37,406 bases of DNA, taken from positions 1 to 37,406 of the forward strand of contig JQOA01000002.1 in the NCBI GenBank assembly GCA_000753945.1, read 5' to 3'. The DNA comes from Smithella sp. D17 (GTDB lineage Bacteria > Desulfobacterota > Syntrophia > Syntrophales > Smithellaceae). A program made the translations under genes and the position numbers. The notes below the pieces were generated by a model. That model was not told where the DNA came from. It saw only the letters and a program-made list of their open reading frames with translations, and did no database searches. Position 1 is the first letter of the stretch, and each line of letters opens with the position of its first letter. Of the stretch, positions 35,091 through 37,406 are shown piece after piece.

Positions 35091-37010
35091 ATGAAAAAAA
35101 ACATGTCATCTTTGAAAGATATACTAAAAGCGGCCCAACAGGGAAACGCAATTGCCCAGAACAATCTGGGAGTGATGTACCTGAACGGAAAAGGTGTTCC
35201 TCAGGACGATGATGAGGCTGCAAGATGGTTTCTTAATGCCGCAGAACAAGGATACGCAAAGGCCCTGTTCAATATGGGTTGGATGTATCAGGAAGGCAGG
35301 GGCGTCCCACAGGACGATGCCGAAGCTGCAAGATGGTTTCTTAAGGCAGCCCGGCAGGGATACGCAGATGCACAATTCAATCTGGGCTTGATGTGCCATA
35401 ATGGTGAAGGTGTTCCACAGGACGATACCGAGGCCGCAAGGTGGTTCCTGGAAGCTGCTGAACAAGGACTTGCAAATGCCCAGTTCAATCTGGGTGAAAT
35501 GTATCATGATGGTATAGGTGTTCCACGGGACGATGCCGAAGCTGTAAAGTGGTATAGTAAGGCAGCCCGGCAGGGATATGCCGATGCCCAGACCATACTG
35601 GACAAAATACACAAAGAATACAAAGGTGTTCCACAGGAAGATGCCGAACCTGTAAGCCCATATTTCAAAGCGGATCATCAGGCAGATACAGAGGATCAAG
35701 TTAAGATTAGCGAAGTGCACATAAACGGTTTAGGTATTTCGCAGGAGGATGCCGAGTCGGTAAAGGTCAATCTTATGGCGGCCCGGCAGGGAGATGCCGA
35801 GGCCCAGTTTAATCTGGGATTGTTGTATCATGCTGAGGCGATAAAGTGGTATCGTAGGGCAGCTGAACAAGGACATGAAAAGGCACAGTTAAACCTGGAT
35901 AAGATACAAAAAGAAGACAAAGTCGTTCCGCAGAAAGATGCGGTGGTTGCAAAGTCGAATCTTCCGGTGGCTGGACAGACGGATACTCAAGTCCAAGTTA
36001 AAATTAGCGAAGTGCATGTTGACAGTTTAGGTGTCCCACAGGAGGATGCGGATGTTGTAAAGTCTAATTTTACAGCGGCTGAACTGGCGGGTACTGAGGC
36101 TCAAGTTGAGATTGGCGACGTGAGTGTAGACGATAAAGGTGCTCCACAGAGCTATGCAAAGGCTGCAAAAGGATTTCTTAAGGCTGCTTTAAAAGGAATG
36201 GTAGAGGCACCGTCCAATTTGCTTAAGGTATACAAAGAACATAAAGACGTTCATCAAGATGATCACAAAGCTCAAGTGGCGATGGGTGGTGTTGACTTAG
36301 ACTGGTCAGTCGTTCCGCAGGAAGATGCGGTAGTGGAAAAGTCAAATCTTACAACGGCCCAGCAGGTGGATACTGACACTCAGGTTGAAATTAACAAAGT
36401 GCATGTTAACGATTTAGGTGTTGCGCAGCAAGATGCGGAGGATGTAAAGCCGTGTTTCACAGCGGCCCAACAGGTAGATGCCGATGCCCAGTTTAATATG
36501 GGGTTAATGTACCATAATGGTGAAGGGGTGCCGCAGGATGATGCTGAGGCCGTAAAATGGTTTTTAGAAGCGGCCCAACAGGGAATTGCCGATGCCCAGT
36601 TTAATATGGGGTTAATGTACCATAACGGTGAAGGTGTGCCGCAGGATGATGCCGAGGCCGTTAAGTGGTATAGTAAGGCCGCCCGGCAGGGACATGCAGA
36701 AGCCCAGTATAATCTGGGTTTGAAATATTTCTTTGGTGAAGGTGTCTCACAGGACTTTGCTGAAGCTGTGAAGTGGTATCTTAAGGCGGCTGAACAAGGA
36801 CACGTAGAAGCCCAATTTAATCTGGGCGGTATATATCAGGAAGGTATAGTTGTGCCACAGGACAATTCTCAGGCTCTGAATTGGTATATCAAGGCGGCCC
36901 AACAAGGACATGAGAAGGCCAAGACCAACTTAGATATGATGTCCAGAGAAGATAAAAGAGTTCCACCGAAAGATAATAAGGATACTAAGGATATAATATG
37001 GCAGGACTGA
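35091..37010 (+). CDS. Sel1-like repeat (SLR/TPR-family) protein
   Basis: Four N-terminal and four C-terminal canonical 36-aa SLR units (AQFNLGxMYxxGxGVPQDDAEAxKWYxKAAxQG) flank variant units. The ATG at 35091 is preferred over the TTG at 34899. Confidence 0.88.
   Translation: MKKNMSSLKDILKAAQQGNAIAQNNLGVMYLNGKGVPQDDDEAARWFLNAAEQGYAKALFNMGWMYQEGRGVPQDDAEAARWFLKAARQGYADAQFNLGLMCHNGEGVPQDDTEAARWFLEAAEQGLANAQFNLGEMYHDGIGVPRDDAEAVKWYSKAARQGYADAQTILDKIHKEYKGVPQEDAEPVSPYFKADHQADTEDQVKISEVHINGLGISQEDAESVKVNLMAARQGDAEAQFNLGLLYHAEAIKWYRRAAEQGHEKAQLNLDKIQKEDKVVPQKDAVVAKSNLPVAGQTDTQVQVKISEVHVDSLGVPQEDADVVKSNFTAAELAGTEAQVEIGDVSVDDKGAPQSYAKAAKGFLKAALKGMVEAPSNLLKVYKEHKDVHQDDHKAQVAMGGVDLDWSVVPQEDAVVEKSNLTTAQQVDTDTQVEINKVHVNDLGVAQQDAEDVKPCFTAAQQVDADAQFNMGLMYHNGEGVPQDDAEAVKWFLEAAQQGIADAQFNMGLMYHNGEGVPQDDAEAVKWYSKAARQGHAEAQYNLGLKYFFGEGVSQDFAEAVKWYLKAAEQGHVEAQFNLGGIYQEGIVVPQDNSQALNWYIKAAQQGHEKAKTNLDMMSREDKRVPPKDNKDTKDIIWQD
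36480..36669 (+). repeat. Near-identical tandem 108-nt duplication inside the SLR gene
   Basis: 36480-36561 and 36588-36669 differ at about 5 of 82 positions and are offset by exactly 108 nt (36 codons). Confidence 0.85.
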
Positions 37011-37406
37011 ATAAGGAAGTTCTTATCAAAAAACGTAAGACCAAGCTGGTAATAACCATGGGGCCGGCCTTGCAGGACGAGGGATCCCTGCGGGAAGCCC
37101 TGAAACTCGCTGACGCGGTTCGTCTTAACGCCAGCCACAGCAAGCCTGAGGAACGAACGCCGGTCCTTAAACTTATAAGGAAAATTTCGGATGAACTGGG
37201 ACGAACGATCCCCGTTTTTCTGGATCTCCAGGGACCCAAGTGGCGGATAGGTCTATTGGAAGCGCCGGTAATTATGGAGAAGGACAGTATCGGCGTCCTC
37301 TACGCAGCCGGTACGCCCGCGCCCAATGGTTATCAGTGGGCGGCGCCTCTTCCACACCCGGAATTGTTCACGGGATCTAAGATCGGCCAGATATGGGTGC
37401 TGGACG
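36998..37406 (+). CDS. pyk: Pyruvate kinase, 5' partial (runs off the window)
   Basis: My translation: MAGLNKEVLIKKRKTKLVITMGPA...AVRLNASHS...VFLDLQGPKWRIG matches the PK N-terminus. The ATG overlaps the SLR stop by 13 nt. Hand-counted GC is about 55 %. Confidence 0.75.
   Translation, partial: MAGLNKEVLIKKRKTKLVITMGPALQDEGSLREALKLADAVRLNASHSKPEERTPVLKLIRKISDELGRTIPVFLDLQGPKWRIGLLEAPVIMEKDSIGVLYAAGTPAPNGYQWAAPLPHPELFTGSKIGQIWVLD

Noticed and set aside
35124-35720. 198-aa minus-strand ORF and other short ORFs inside the SLR gene.
   Set aside because: They are an artefact of the periodic, stop-poor repeat sequence. The plus-strand SLR reading is clearly the real one.
35100-36950. Regular 108-nt periodicity that could superficially suggest a CRISPR or tandem-repeat array.
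   Set aside because: The periodicity is in-frame coding (36-aa Sel1 units). There are no short identical direct repeats with unique spacers.

Overview
Low-GC (about 40 % by hand counts) bacterial chromosomal segment, probably from an anaerobe given the density of radical-SAM and Fe-S genes. The left end (1-6.6 kb) is housekeeping: rpoD, an elongator-type tRNA(CAT), a COG1579 Zn-ribbon/RNase H gene pair, and rplU-rpmA-obg-proB on the minus strand. From about 6.8 to 27.4 kb the window looks accessory. It opens with a patchwork of gene remnants: a 5'-truncated DUF362/ferredoxin gene, a 32-codon lipid-kinase N-terminal fragment, a GC-rich SDR gene, and one of two copies of a ~120-nt palindromic intergenic repeat. 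Next comes an AT-rich cluster (about 8.8-24 kb) built around one polyprenyl-P sugar-phosphate transferase and one DegT aminotransferase. This cluster is unusually rich in ATP-dependent amide-forming ligases: 2 ATP-grasp, 3 PaaK/CapK-like and 1 AsnB-like. It also holds a chorismatase-like RidA-fold gene, a B12-radical-SAM enzyme and an orphan glycyl-radical activase broken by two A-run frameshifts. A four-gene minus-strand operon follows (24.0-27.4 kb). It pairs an uncharacterised 380-aa putative nuclease with a translationally coupled phage-type Dam methyltransferase (R-M-like). The same operon carries an endonuclease-V-like glycosylase with a DUF1722-like tail and an LCMT-type methyltransferase. 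The right end returns to housekeeping: a fused TIGR03960/TIGR03936 radical SAM gene, purU, hpt and a DUF3426 protein. It also carries a 639-aa Sel1-repeat protein with an unusual variant-repeat core and the GC-rich 5' end of a pyruvate kinase gene. No CRISPR array, rRNA, transposase or integrase is visible. The observations I rank highest are the ligase-rich cluster, the R-M/glycosylase operon, and an rpoD whose region 4.2 (-35 recognition) is not recognisable although consensus TTGACA promoters are present.
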